This document shows, piece by piece, positions 28,797 to 41,252 of a DNA stretch of 64,000 bases. Under the pieces are notes generated by a model. It was given only the letters and a program-made list of their open reading frames with translations, was not told the DNA's origin and ran no database searches. The translations under genes and the position numbers were made by a program. The number at the start of each line of letters is the position of its first letter. The first letter of the stretch is position 1. The stretch comes from Terriglobia bacterium (GTDB taxonomy: Bacteria; Acidobacteriota; Terriglobia; JAJPHL01; JAPKYU01): contig CBDBKE010000002.1 of the NCBI GenBank assembly GCA_965206645.1, positions 128,001-192,000 on the forward strand, in the 5' to 3' direction.

Positions 28797-30503
28797 TTAT
28801 TGTGCTAGACGAGTGAAGTATTCCTTAGCCTTCCGGATTTCCTCCAGCAAGGCTGCGCGATTATTGAGGAGGAGGTCCAGTTCAACAATGTTTCCAATAT
28901 ATTCTCTGTCCAAACTCTCAATCTGATCCTCCGCCAACCGGGATTCGAAATCTTCCAGCCGGGCCAGCCAGGTACGAGCCGAAGCCTTAACCCGGGGTTG
29001 GGCCGAGAGAGGTGCACCTTTCAAGGTTAAATAAACCGGAGCCGAGTGAGCCTCCGACGTATGGCGCCTAGTGCCCTGGATATGGTTGCGCATGGGATCT
29101 ATCTCGCCCAGCTTGTTTCCATAAGCTCGAATAGCTAGCCAGGAGGACTCTCGAACATCGTGTTCAAACTGGAACCGGATCTCGGCCGCCCCCACTTTTC
29201 TCGGGAAGCTTCGCAACAACTGCCCATTTTCAATGACCTCAAGATGTTCCACGTCATCCCAGGTCGGATCAAAGCGCACCCGGCCTTCCAGCTGCACCGA
29301 GCCGCGCTGGCTCAGCTTCACTTCTTCCCCCATTCCCTTGCCATTGACTCGAAACTCAAGGATTGGCCCAGTGGTCACAAAGGTGTGGCCCTTGCGGACC
29401 CCCTCCAACCAATTCTTGTAGGTGAAAGGACCTTCCACTTTCGTATAGAATCGCTCGCGCCCAGGTATATTTGCTCTTGCGCACGGATAGTCCGTCCCGG
29501 CCGTCGGTGTCATGCGAAAACCCGCATTCAGAACGTCATACCAAAAATTGTAAATTCCCCGATTCCACTGCAACACTTCAATAAAGCTCACCAGGCCATG
29601 AGGCAGATCGATGCCGAGGCCGAAATTACCACCCACTTCATCGCCGCCGAAGTGAGCATAACCGCTGAGTGCTCCCTGACGCCGCGCCTCTTCAAAGAAC
29701 AATCGGTAAATCAGGTAATTCTTGGGAAAATGGATAGGCGAGCTCGCTCCCAGGATAATCGTGTGACCTCGAAAATCGGTGCGTGGATTTTCCTGGCCTG
29801 TGGCCAGGATGTAATTCCCCTCCTGATAGATGCTGTCGGGCCCATGGGCATACTGAGGAGTGCGGTTGAAACGTATGGAGAGTCCCATCTGCAGGAGATT
29901 CCCTACGTGCAGGTCTTCCGCTTGCATCATCTTGGAAATAAATGGGTCTAGTTCCTTTACGGGTCGGGCGATGTGGATGTGGTCGTCGGCACTGTACCAG
30001 CCCTGCTCTGGCATGTTGATCCAGCGCGACATATTCACCGTCAGCTGTGTGATCTTCCCTGGCCGGACGTCAATCTTCCGTGCCTGGATCTTGTATTCAA
30101 CACCCTTAAAGACTTTGAGCTTATAGGTCCCGGGCGCCAAGGAAATCACTGACTTCCCGACGCTGTAAAATTGGGTGGTCCCAGTGTAAGGGTTGTGGAC
30201 TTTTTTCTTTAACAGGGCCACCGCTCGTTCCAATGTCCATCCCGAGAGGTCTTCCTGGGGCGCATTACCGTAGTACAGTTCGCAGTCACCATCGACGGGT
30301 AAAGCGTCTCTGGCCACGTAGGCTTCGCCCTGCTTGTCGAGCAGTTCGACTCGGGCAGGAGTGGGTTGCCCGGAGTCAGCATCCAAGACGGTCAGGTGAA
30401 GTGACCCAGGTCTCGGATTCGGTTGTGCGAAGGCGGCGGGCGTACTCCAGATGACTAAGCCCACCATGATCTGAACCAGCGCGACAATGAATGCTGCTCT
30501 CAT
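28797..30503 (-). CDS. CehA/McbA-family (PHP-like) metallohydrolase, secreted
   Basis: WYSADDHIH, GQENPR, GYAH, WYDVLNAG, GTDY and GHTFVTTGP motifs. Confidence 0.8.
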   Translation of the reverse strand: MRAAFIVALVQIMVGLVIWSTPAAFAQPNPRPGSLHLTVLDADSGQPTPARVELLDKQGEAYVARDALPVDGDCELYYGNAPQEDLSGWTLERAVALLKKKVHNPYTGTTQFYSVGKSVISLAPGTYKLKVFKGVEYKIQARKIDVRPGKITQLTVNMSRWINMPEQGWYSADDHIHIARPVKELDPFISKMMQAEDLHVGNLLQMGLSIRFNRTPQYAHGPDSIYQEGNYILATGQENPRTDFRGHTIILGASSPIHFPKNYLIYRLFFEEARRQGALSGYAHFGGDEVGGNFGLGIDLPHGLVSFIEVLQWNRGIYNFWYDVLNAGFRMTPTAGTDYPCARANIPGRERFYTKVEGPFTYKNWLEGVRKGHTFVTTGPILEFRVNGKGMGEEVKLSQRGSVQLEGRVRFDPTWDDVEHLEVIENGQLLRSFPRKVGAAEIRFQFEHDVRESSWLAIRAYGNKLGEIDPMRNHIQGTRRHTSEAHSAPVYLTLKGAPLSAQPRVKASARTWLARLEDFESRLAEDQIESLDREYIGNIVELDLLLNNRAALLEEIRKAKEYFTRLAQ

Positions 30504-30575
30504 GCTGCAACTCCTCTCTTTCCTGACCTTGACAAACCGGCCAACCCTGACAAACCGGCGGAAGGAAGGTCCCGG

Positions 30576-30794
30576 CTATGTACTCGTCGCCTGAAGTGTA
30601 AAAATGGTCTCGCCGTAGGCCCGGCTCATCTGCCCGACAATGCGCCAAGTGAGACCATTGAGGTGGTAAGTCCCGCTATAGGAGTCATGCGCGGACGTGC
30701 CGTGCAGGCCGCGGAGCTGGTTCTGGGTCAGTTCCCGCGTGTCCCCGACTTTCCAGCTCTTCAGGACGTTCAAGCCGCCAAACGGGTTCGACAT
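30576..30794 (-). CDS. Small hypothetical protein (72 aa)
   Basis: Globular-looking ORF co-oriented between the peroxidase and hydrolase genes. Confidence 0.55.
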   Translation of the reverse strand: MSNPFGGLNVLKSWKVGDTRELTQNQLRGLHGTSAHDSYSGTYHLNGLTWRIVGQMSRAYGETIFTLQATST

Positions 30795-30923
30795 GGCAGC
30801 CGAGTTTACCACACGAAGCCGTAGCGGCCGGTCTGTAGCGGCCGGACAGTCTGTAGCGGACAGTCTGTAGCGGACAGTCTCGTGCCGGGCTTGCTGCCAG
30901 CCTTGGCGGCTGGGGGCGCAGCA

Positions 30924-31871
30924 CTACAGCGACTTGAGGAAGGCCAGCAGGTCGGCTTTCTCTTGTTGCGTCAGATTTAACCGGCGAACGGCGGCATCCA
31001 ACTGGGGATTCGGCTCGCCGCCCCCGGCGTAGAACTCGATCACCTTCTCCAGAGTTGGGATGCTGCCGTCGTGCATGTAAGGGGGGCGGCGGGAAACCTC
31101 GTGCAAGGTAGAGGTCTTGAAGGCGCCGCCGCCGCGGCCCCGGTCGAAGACCGGCTGGCGGGCGGCGATTCCGGTGTTGTGGAACTGCTCGTCGGTAAAG
31201 TTCGGTTCCCAGTGGCAAGAGATGCAGCGCGCCTTGCCACGGAACAATCCAAAGCCGCGCTGGGCGGCCGGAGAGAGCGCTGTAGCGTCGCCATCCAGAA
31301 AGCGGTCAAGCGCGCTGGGGCCGGAGAGCAGCGAGCGCAGGAATGCGGCTAAGGCGTGGGCTACGTCGGCTGCATTTGCTTCCCGTCCGAACACGCGCAG
31401 GAACTCACCTGGGTATTCCGGATGGCGGCGGAGGCGGCGCTCCATCTCGTCCAGGCTCAGTCCCATCTCCTCGGGGTGCTGGATCGGCAGCAGGGCCAGC
31501 TCTTCCAGCGAAGCCACCCGGCCGTCCCAGAAGTACAAATCGCCGTAGGCGCGGTTCAGCAGGGTGGGCGGCCGACGCGTCGTCGAGACGCCGCCGATGC
31601 CGCGTCCGAAACGTTCCCGCACCGTGAAGCTGTAGTCGGGCCGGTGACAGTTAGCACAGGCCACGGTGCTGTCGGCAGACAGAAGACTGTCGGCAAACAG
31701 GCGCTCTCCCAGGGCTATCTTTTCCGGCGTCAGGGGATTATCGGGCAGTACGGGTACTGGCTGGAAGCCGACGGGCGGACGCAGCGGCCATCCGGGGTCC
31801 GGCGCGGCACCAGCCGCGCCGAACGCAAGCAACGCGAGCAGGATGCGGAGCAGCACTTCTCCCCCTCCCAA
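30924..31871 (-). CDS. Di-haem cytochrome c peroxidase (bCCP/MauG superfamily)
   Basis: CANCH, FWDGR, CISCH, FHNTG, FKT and PYMHDG motifs. Confidence 0.92.
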   Translation of the reverse strand: MGGGEVLLRILLALLAFGAAGAAPDPGWPLRPPVGFQPVPVLPDNPLTPEKIALGERLFADSLLSADSTVACANCHRPDYSFTVRERFGRGIGGVSTTRRPPTLLNRAYGDLYFWDGRVASLEELALLPIQHPEEMGLSLDEMERRLRRHPEYPGEFLRVFGREANAADVAHALAAFLRSLLSGPSALDRFLDGDATALSPAAQRGFGLFRGKARCISCHWEPNFTDEQFHNTGIAARQPVFDRGRGGGAFKTSTLHEVSRRPPYMHDGSIPTLEKVIEFYAGGGEPNPQLDAAVRRLNLTQQEKADLLAFLKSL

Positions 31872-32083
31872 GAACCGGCCGGTGACTCCGACCTTTCCGC
31901 TATCGAGCTCTTAAGTTTACAAGACCAGGGGGAGAAGACAACCCTGCAACAAACCTCAGTAGGGTCAATTTGACCCATTGCCCCAACCGCTGGCTCGGCT
32001 AAGCCCGATTGCCGGTCACTAGAGCGCTGGCCCGGAAACCCGGGCGGTGTGCCGGTTTTACCCAGGCGGCCTTGACGTCCGCA

Positions 32084-32112
32084 TTGACGGTGGTGTTGCG
32101 CCACTGTAGAAT
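32084..32112 (+). promoter_or_regulatory. sigma70 promoter
   Basis: TTGACG-N17-TAGAAT upstream of the ATG at 32159. Confidence 0.65.
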
Positions 32113-32158
32113 CGGGCGATTTCTCTTTCACTGGCCTGGCAGCAATTGGGGGCTTCGC

Positions 32159-33078
32159 ATGGCAAACGCAGATCTGCAGGTCCACACCGGCCAAGTCCCG
32201 CGCCCCATTTCCCGCGCTGGCGTTCGCGTCCGTGAGGACACAGTCTACGCCGACCACCGCGGCCGGGAACGGAAGGGCGTACGCAAGCGCGCCGACAAGG
32301 CCCTGGACAAACTACAAGAAACGCTGGCCAAGGTATTGGAGCCGGACGAAGCCATCCTGCATGTGGCCCGCTGCCAGGCGCCGGCCGGAATCCTGGAGCA
32401 GTTTGCCTTCGGGTGGTACATCTACTACGTCACTGCGACGGTTCTAGTGTTCACCAACCGGCGTCTGTTGCACTTCCCGGTTCGCCGCGACGGCAGTTGG
32501 AAGAAGAGCCTTCGTAGCCTTCGCTGGGGGGACCTGTCGGAGGCGAAGGTCCACGGCTTGTTCGGGCCCAGACTCCGGCTGAAGTATCAAGACGGCAAGG
32601 TCGAAACCTACTGGGGCCTGCGCCGCGGCGATGCCAAAACAATCAAAGTCTTGCTCCCGGTTCTGCTCTCTGCCAGCTGGGGGAGACCAGCCCGGCGCAG
32701 GCCATGTCTTCCCTCTGCCCGGAGTGCTTCGCCGGCCTCAGCCCCGGAGCCTACCAGTGCAGCCGCTGCAGCCTTACCTTTAAGGATGAGAAGACCATGA
32801 TCCGGCGCTCGCTGCTGATCCCCGGCGGTGGCTACTTTTACACTGGGCACTGGTTTCTGGGCGTCGGGGACTTCGTTGCTGAAGCTATCTTGCTTTTTTT
32901 GGTGGTGATCTCGGTGCTGCTGGCGTTCGGGTTCCTGGCCGAGCCAGGTGAACCACAGGTCACCGCCGGCGTTGCTCTGTTCGAAGTCGCCTTCTTCGGC
33001 GGGATTCTCGGCGTGGAGAAGCTATTCACGATCTACCATTGCCGACGCTTCATCCGCAACTTCATTCCCACCCGGTGA
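32159..33078 (+). CDS. Hypothetical membrane protein (bPH-like domain, zinc ribbon, 2 TM) split by a 1-bp frameshift
   Basis: Adding one G to the G5 run at 32679-32683 joins ORFs 32159-32800 and 32704-33078 (SWGETSPAQAMSSLCPEC). Confidence 0.65.
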
Positions 33079-33270
33079 GGCGCCTCACAAGTTCCGATGC
33101 CTCCTGGCCACGCTCCTCTCAATCCCCCGAGTTCCACCGAACGCTCCCATGGGCGGTGGGGGCCCAGTGGTACTCACCACCAGAGGCATCGCATCCAACA
33201 CCGTCACCATCGCCTAGGAGTAGCCTGCCCGACTGAAGTCGCGACACGTGACTTTATCCAAGCGATGCCG

Positions 33271-33300
33271 TTGACCATTTTGCGGCCGCTGTGCTAGCCT
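33271..33300 (+). promoter_or_regulatory. Putative atp operon promoter
   Basis: TTGACC-N18-(TG)TAGCCT. Confidence 0.5.
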
Positions 33301-33366
33301 TCTTTTTTTTTCAGTGGGTTCGGTGACGCCGCTTGTGTCGCACCCATAAGGGACCGCCGAGAGGCA

Positions 33367-33825
33367 ATGGAAAAGGTCGTTGAGGCCCTGGCTCTCTTAT
33401 TGCGCAACGCAGTGCCGACCTTCGTGTTGGTGCTGCTGCTTTACATATTTCTCAAGAAAGTGTTCTTCAACCCACTGGAACAGATCCTGCACCAGCGTCA
33501 CCAGGCGACGGAAGGCGCGATGCAGGCTGCCCGAGAGCGTCTGGAGTTGGCCGACCGCAAGAGCGCCGAGTACCAGCAGGCTCTGAGGGAAGCTCGCGCG
33601 GAAATGTACCGCGCTCTGGAACGGGAGCGCCAGCAAAGCGTGGAGGAATGCGCCCAGCAAGTGCGCCGCGCCCGGACACAGGCGGATGAGCAGGTGCGGA
33701 TGGCGCGCAAGGAACTGCGCACCGAGGTCGAGAGGGCCAAGGCGTTGCTGGCCGAGGAGAGCGGCGGAATGGCAGATTCCATCACCGAGGCGGTCTTGAG
33801 AGCCAAAGCGGAGACGGCCCGTTGA
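33367..33825 (+). CDS. ATP synthase F0 subunit b'
   Basis: N-terminal TM, FFNPL and a long coiled coil; first gene of the atp operon. Confidence 0.88.
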   Translation: MEKVVEALALLLRNAVPTFVLVLLLYIFLKKVFFNPLEQILHQRHQATEGAMQAARERLELADRKSAEYQQALREARAEMYRALERERQQSVEECAQQVRRARTQADEQVRMARKELRTEVERAKALLAEESGGMADSITEAVLRAKAETAR

Positions 33826-34355
33826 TGACCTTGCCTCCTCCCTCACTCTTGCTCCTTCTCTTCGCGGCGGAGTCCGGCCCAATCCAGGGCATTTTGAAGT
33901 GGATCAATTTCCTGGTTTTCTTCGGCCTGCTTGGCTATCTGCTGCGTCAGCCGATCAAAGAATTTTTCGCCGGCCGTACTCGGGCGATCCAGGAAGGCCT
34001 GGAAAGTGGTCGCCGCGCACGCGAGGAGGCAGCACAGCGCCTTCACGAAATCGAAGGCCGCCTGGAGCGCCTGGAAGCGGAGATGGCCGAACTGCGAGCG
34101 ACTGCCGACAGCGAGGCTGAGACCGAGAGGGCGCGCCTGCGCAAAGCCGCCGGTGCCGAAACCGAAAGGATTTTCGCGTCAGCCGAACAGGAAATGCGTG
34201 CCCTGGCCAAGTCTGCCAGAGGAGAGCTGAAGAGCTACGTTGCCGGATTGGCAGCGGAACTGGCGGAGCAACGGATTCGGGGCCACCTGACGCCAGAGCG
34301 GCAGGTGGCGCTATTGCGGGAGTACGCAGGAAGCCTGCGCGGAAAACAAGTCTAG
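33822..34355 (+). CDS. atpF: ATP synthase F0 subunit b
   Basis: KWINFLVF TM, R...I coiled coil, operon position. Confidence 0.9.
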   Translation: MMTLPPPSLLLLLFAAESGPIQGILKWINFLVFFGLLGYLLRQPIKEFFAGRTRAIQEGLESGRRAREEAAQRLHEIEGRLERLEAEMAELRATADSEAETERARLRKAAGAETERIFASAEQEMRALAKSARGELKSYVAGLAAELAEQRIRGHLTPERQVALLREYAGSLRGKQV

Positions 34356-34464
34356 CAGGGGGCTGAAGAACTGTCTTCCATGTCATTCCGAGCGAAGCGA
34401 GGAATCTGCTTTTCGACCGCCATGCCTTGCCTGACACGCAGGCGGGGTTTTCAGCACGCCGTTG
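34352..34464. repeat. MITE/REP-like insertion between atpF and atpH
   Basis: Imperfect terminal repeats CTAGCAGGGGGCTGAAGAAC / GGTTTTCAGCACGCCGTTGG enclosing TGTCATTCCGAGCGAAGCGAGGAATCT. Confidence 0.55.
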
Positions 34465-34507
34465 GAGCAACGATGCCTCTTGAGCAACGACAAGGAGAAA
34501 TGATTTC

Positions 34508-35049
34508 ATGGCCGCTGTAGCCGCCCGATATGCGCGAGCTCTGGCCGACGTGCTGGCGCGCCCCGATGCCCCGGCTGCATCCGAAGGTGTGGTTGCCGGG
34601 CTGCGCGAGTTCCTCGGGCTTCTGGAAACCAGCGAGGAGCTGCGCGCGGTGCTGGCCAACCCGGCGGTGCCGGCCGCCCGCAAGAGCGCCTTGATCGAGC
34701 GTTTGGCGGCGCCGCTCAAGCTTTCCCGCACCAGCCGCAATTTCCTGCTGGTGCTGCTGGATCATCGTCGGATGAATCTGCTGGGCGAGGTCCTGGGCAA
34801 GCTGGAAACGTTGCTGGACGAGCGGCGGGGCATCGTGCGAGCCGAGGTCACGACTGCCGGCGAGCTGGCGGCGGACGAACGCCAGTTGCTCGAGGACGCC
34901 CTGGGGGGTTTGACCGGCAAGCAGGTCCGGATGCGATGCTCAATCGATCCGGAGCTGCTGGGCGGCGCCGTGACCCGCATCGGCAGCACTATCTACGACG
35001 GCTCGCTCCGCGAGCAATTGAGGCAGGTTCGCCAACGCTTGAGTTCTGA

Positions 35050-35053
<4 letters not shown>
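34508..35053 (+). CDS. atpH: ATP synthase F1 subunit delta
   Basis: VAARYARAL; IDPELLGG; IYDGS. Confidence 0.95.
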
Positions 35054-36661
<1,608 letters not shown>

Positions 36662-36687
36662 CCCATGCCCTCGCTGCCTGTTAATTC

Positions 36688-37605
36688 ATGCCCTCGCTAA
36701 TCGATATCCGGCGGCGCCTGCGGAGCGTGCGCAACACGCAGCAGATCACCAAGGCCATGAAGATGGTTGCGGCGGCCAAGCTGCGCCGAGCCCAAGAGCG
36801 TGTGTTCAGCGCCCGGCCCTATGCCGCGCTGATGCGGCAGACGTTGGCGAACGTGGTGGCACGGCTGGAGGCCAGCCAGCAGCTCGGCGAAGAGGACGCC
36901 ACTGCTCACCCGCTGCTGGCCCGGCGTCCGGAGCGCCGGGTGCTGCTGCTGGTGCTCTCCGGCGACAAGGGATTGGCCGGGGCTTTCAACACCAACGTCG
37001 TCAAGGCCGCGCAGGCGTTTCTGGAGGAACGCGCTGCCCAGGAGCGGCAGGTCGGCCTGATCCCCGTCGGGCGCAAGGGACGGGATTTTTTCCGCCGCCG
37101 GCGCGACCTGGAAGCCGAGTACGTTAATATCTTCGCCCGGGTGGATTACGCTCACGCACAGGAGATCGCCGGGGAGGTGAGCCGGCGCTATTCCGACCAG
37201 CGGTACGACGCCATTTATCTCCTCTACAACGAATTCAAGAGCGTGCTTTCACAGCGCCTGGTGGTGGAACGCCTGCTGCCGCTGGACCCGATTCCGCCCA
37301 GCCCGGGCGAAGCGCCAGGGGACTACGGCCAGGTAGACTACGGCCAAGTGGACTACATCTATGAGCAGCGGCCTGAGGAAATCTACCGCCAGCTGCTGCC
37401 CCGCTATGTGGAGGTGCAGGTGTTCCGGTCGCTGCTGGAGTCGGCGGCCGCCGAGCATGCCGCTCGCATGACCGCCATGGACGCGGCCACCACCAACGCC
37501 GCCGAGATGATCGAGCGGATCACGCTTAACATGAACCGCATTCGCCAGGCCTTCATCACCAAGGAAATCATCGAGGTGGTTTCCGGAGCCGCAGCCTTAG
37601 GATAG
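36688..37605 (+). CDS. atpG: ATP synthase F1 subunit gamma
   Basis: ITKAMKMVAAAK; EHAARMTAM; RQAFITKEIIE. Confidence 0.98.
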   Translation: MPSLIDIRRRLRSVRNTQQITKAMKMVAAAKLRRAQERVFSARPYAALMRQTLANVVARLEASQQLGEEDATAHPLLARRPERRVLLLVLSGDKGLAGAFNTNVVKAAQAFLEERAAQERQVGLIPVGRKGRDFFRRRRDLEAEYVNIFARVDYAHAQEIAGEVSRRYSDQRYDAIYLLYNEFKSVLSQRLVVERLLPLDPIPPSPGEAPGDYGQVDYGQVDYIYEQRPEEIYRQLLPRYVEVQVFRSLLESAAAEHAARMTAMDAATTNAAEMIERITLNMNRIRQAFITKEIIEVVSGAAALG

Positions 37606-39060
<1,455 letters not shown>

Positions 39061-39064
39061 GGCT

Positions 39065-39478
39065 ATGGCTGAAACATTTCGATTGGAAATCACCACCCCG
39101 GAACGGATGGTGGCGCGCGAGGACGTGGAAGAGGCGCAAATTCCCGCCCGCAATGGCTACCTGGGCGTGCTGCCGGGACACGCGCCACTTCTGTCCCAGT
39201 TGAGGCCTGGGGAAATCAGCTATCGGCAAGGCAGCCGGACCCAGCGCCTGGTAGTGGGGCGAGGCTTGGTGGAAGTCCTGCCGGAGCACACGAAGGTGCT
39301 CGTCGACACGGCCGAGAAGGCGGAAGAGATTGACGTGTCGCGGGCGAGGGCGTCGCAAGAGCGAGCCGAGAAGCGTCTTGGCCATCCCGACCCGGAGACC
39401 GACGCAAAGCGGGCCATGGTGGCGCTGCAACGGGCGCTCGTGCGCTTACAGGTCGCCGGCAAAGCAGCCAAACTTTAG
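39065..39478 (+). CDS. atpC: ATP synthase F1 subunit epsilon
   Basis: LEITTPE; GVLPGHAP; EEID...RA. Confidence 0.96.
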   Translation: MAETFRLEITTPERMVAREDVEEAQIPARNGYLGVLPGHAPLLSQLRPGEISYRQGSRTQRLVVGRGLVEVLPEHTKVLVDTAEKAEEIDVSRARASQERAEKRLGHPDPETDAKRAMVALQRALVRLQVAGKAAKL

Positions 39479-39593
39479 CATCTCGCCGGACTTAGCAACT
39501 CGGAGACAGATCGCCACTCCCCACAGGGCCGCAAGTTGACCCGCAAGTTTGACCAATGCTACCCGCGTCCCTGCTTACTTTGTCCACCGTCGG

Positions 39594-41165
39594 TCAGTCA
39601 GTCTTTTCTGCCTCATCTATTTCGTAGCCCAGGTATTGCAACACCTGGCGGGCAACGGCGCGGTCGTCGAAGGGCAACGCCCGCTCGCCGATGATCTGGT
39701 AGGTCTCGTGGCCCTTCCCGGCGAGCAGCACGATATCGCCGGGTCGCGCCTCGCGCAGGGCCAGCTCGATGGCTTGGGCGCGGTCGGGCTCGATTATCTG
39801 TCGTGTGTGTCGCGCGCCGGTCTGTTCGAGGCCCACCAGCGCATCGTCGATGATGGCGCGCGGCTCCTCCGAGCGTGGGTTGTCGCTGGTGAGCACCACC
39901 AGGTCGCTGAGAGAGCCGGCCACTCGCCCCATCAGGGGGCGCTTGGTGCGGTCACGGTCGCCGCCGCAGCCGAACACAGTGATGACGCGGCCACTCCGGT
40001 TAATCAACTGGCGGGCCGTGGTCAGCAGATTGCGCAGGGCGTCGTCGGTGTGGGCGTAGTCCACCAACACCAGAAAAGGCTGGCCAGCTTGCACCTGCTC
40101 GAAGCGCCCCGGCACAGCTTGCAGGTCCGCCAGCCCGCGTTCCACTTGTTCGACGCCGAATCCTAGCGCCAGTGCCGCGGCGGCTGCGGCCAGCAGGTTG
40201 TAGACGTTGGGCCGCTCCAGCAAAGGCGATCGGCTCTCCAGCTTTCCCCACGGACTGTCCATGAGTAAGCGGCCGGAATTTGGCCCGGGGCCTGCGCCGT
40301 GCGGGCGCACTTGCGCGTTGGCACCCAGGCCGTAGGTAAGGACGTTTGCGCTGCCACAGCTGCGCAGCTCTGCTGTCCGGAGATCGTCAGCGTTCAAGAT
40401 AGCCCACTCGGGCGGCCGAGCCCCCCAGCCGGTGAACAGCTTCCGTTTCTCGGCGAAGTAAGCTTCCAGGGTACCGTGGAAATCCAGATGGTCACGGCTC
40501 AGGTTGGTGAACACTGCGGCCCGGAAGGGGCAGCCATAGACACGGTCCAGGGCGAGGGCGTGCGAGGAGACCTCCAGCGCGGCGTGCGTTGCGCCTAGCG
40601 CCTGAAGTTCGGCCAGGTAGGCTTGCAAGTTCAGCGATTCCGGCGTGGTGTTGGGTGCTGGCAGGCGACGTCCGGCGAGCCGGTATTCGATGGTGCTGAA
40701 CAGCCCGGACTTCTTGCCCGCCGCAGCAAAGATGGCGTCCAGCAGGAAACAGGTGGTGGTCTTCCCGTTGGTCCCGGTGACTCCCACCAACTCCAGCGCG
40801 TGCGCCGGGTGGCCGTAGAAGTTAGCCGCCGCTGTGGCCAGAGCCTTGCGCGCGTCTGTCACCTGCGCCCAGGCGCGCCCTGGGGAGGGCGGCGTGCGGA
40901 CTCCGAGATGCGGAGCATCCGTGTCGGATGCGCCGGATGCGATGTCTATAGAACGCGGAGACGCCTCGCTGACCACGGCGATTGCCCCGCCCTCCAGGGC
41001 CTGCGAGACGAACTGATTCCCGTCAGTCTTCTCTCCCCGAACGGCCGCAAACACCTGGCCCGGCTGGATGCGGCGGGAATCATAGTGCAGGCCGGTGACC
41101 GAAATCGCCGCATTCCCGAAAATCTCGACCGGCTCGATCCCGCGCAGAAGTTCCCGGAGCTTCAT
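39594..41165 (-). CDS. murE: UDP-MurNAc-L-Ala-D-Glu:meso-DAP ligase
   Basis: GTNGKTT, NTTPES, EVSSH, DYAHT, the DNPR DAP-specificity motif, and AGKGHE. Confidence 0.97.
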   Translation of the reverse strand: MKLRELLRGIEPVEIFGNAAISVTGLHYDSRRIQPGQVFAAVRGEKTDGNQFVSQALEGGAIAVVSEASPRSIDIASGASDTDAPHLGVRTPPSPGRAWAQVTDARKALATAAANFYGHPAHALELVGVTGTNGKTTTCFLLDAIFAAAGKKSGLFSTIEYRLAGRRLPAPNTTPESLNLQAYLAELQALGATHAALEVSSHALALDRVYGCPFRAAVFTNLSRDHLDFHGTLEAYFAEKRKLFTGWGARPPEWAILNADDLRTAELRSCGSANVLTYGLGANAQVRPHGAGPGPNSGRLLMDSPWGKLESRSPLLERPNVYNLLAAAAAALALGFGVEQVERGLADLQAVPGRFEQVQAGQPFLVLVDYAHTDDALRNLLTTARQLINRSGRVITVFGCGGDRDRTKRPLMGRVAGSLSDLVVLTSDNPRSEEPRAIIDDALVGLEQTGARHTRQIIEPDRAQAIELALREARPGDIVLLAGKGHETYQIIGERALPFDDRAVARQVLQYLGYEIDEAEKTD

Positions 41166-41252
41166 CGGTTGGTGAACTGATTATAGAGCTTTCACCTGAC
41201 TGGCCCACCTGACTGGCCTACCCGACTGGCAAAGACGGTCGCGAAAAGGCGG

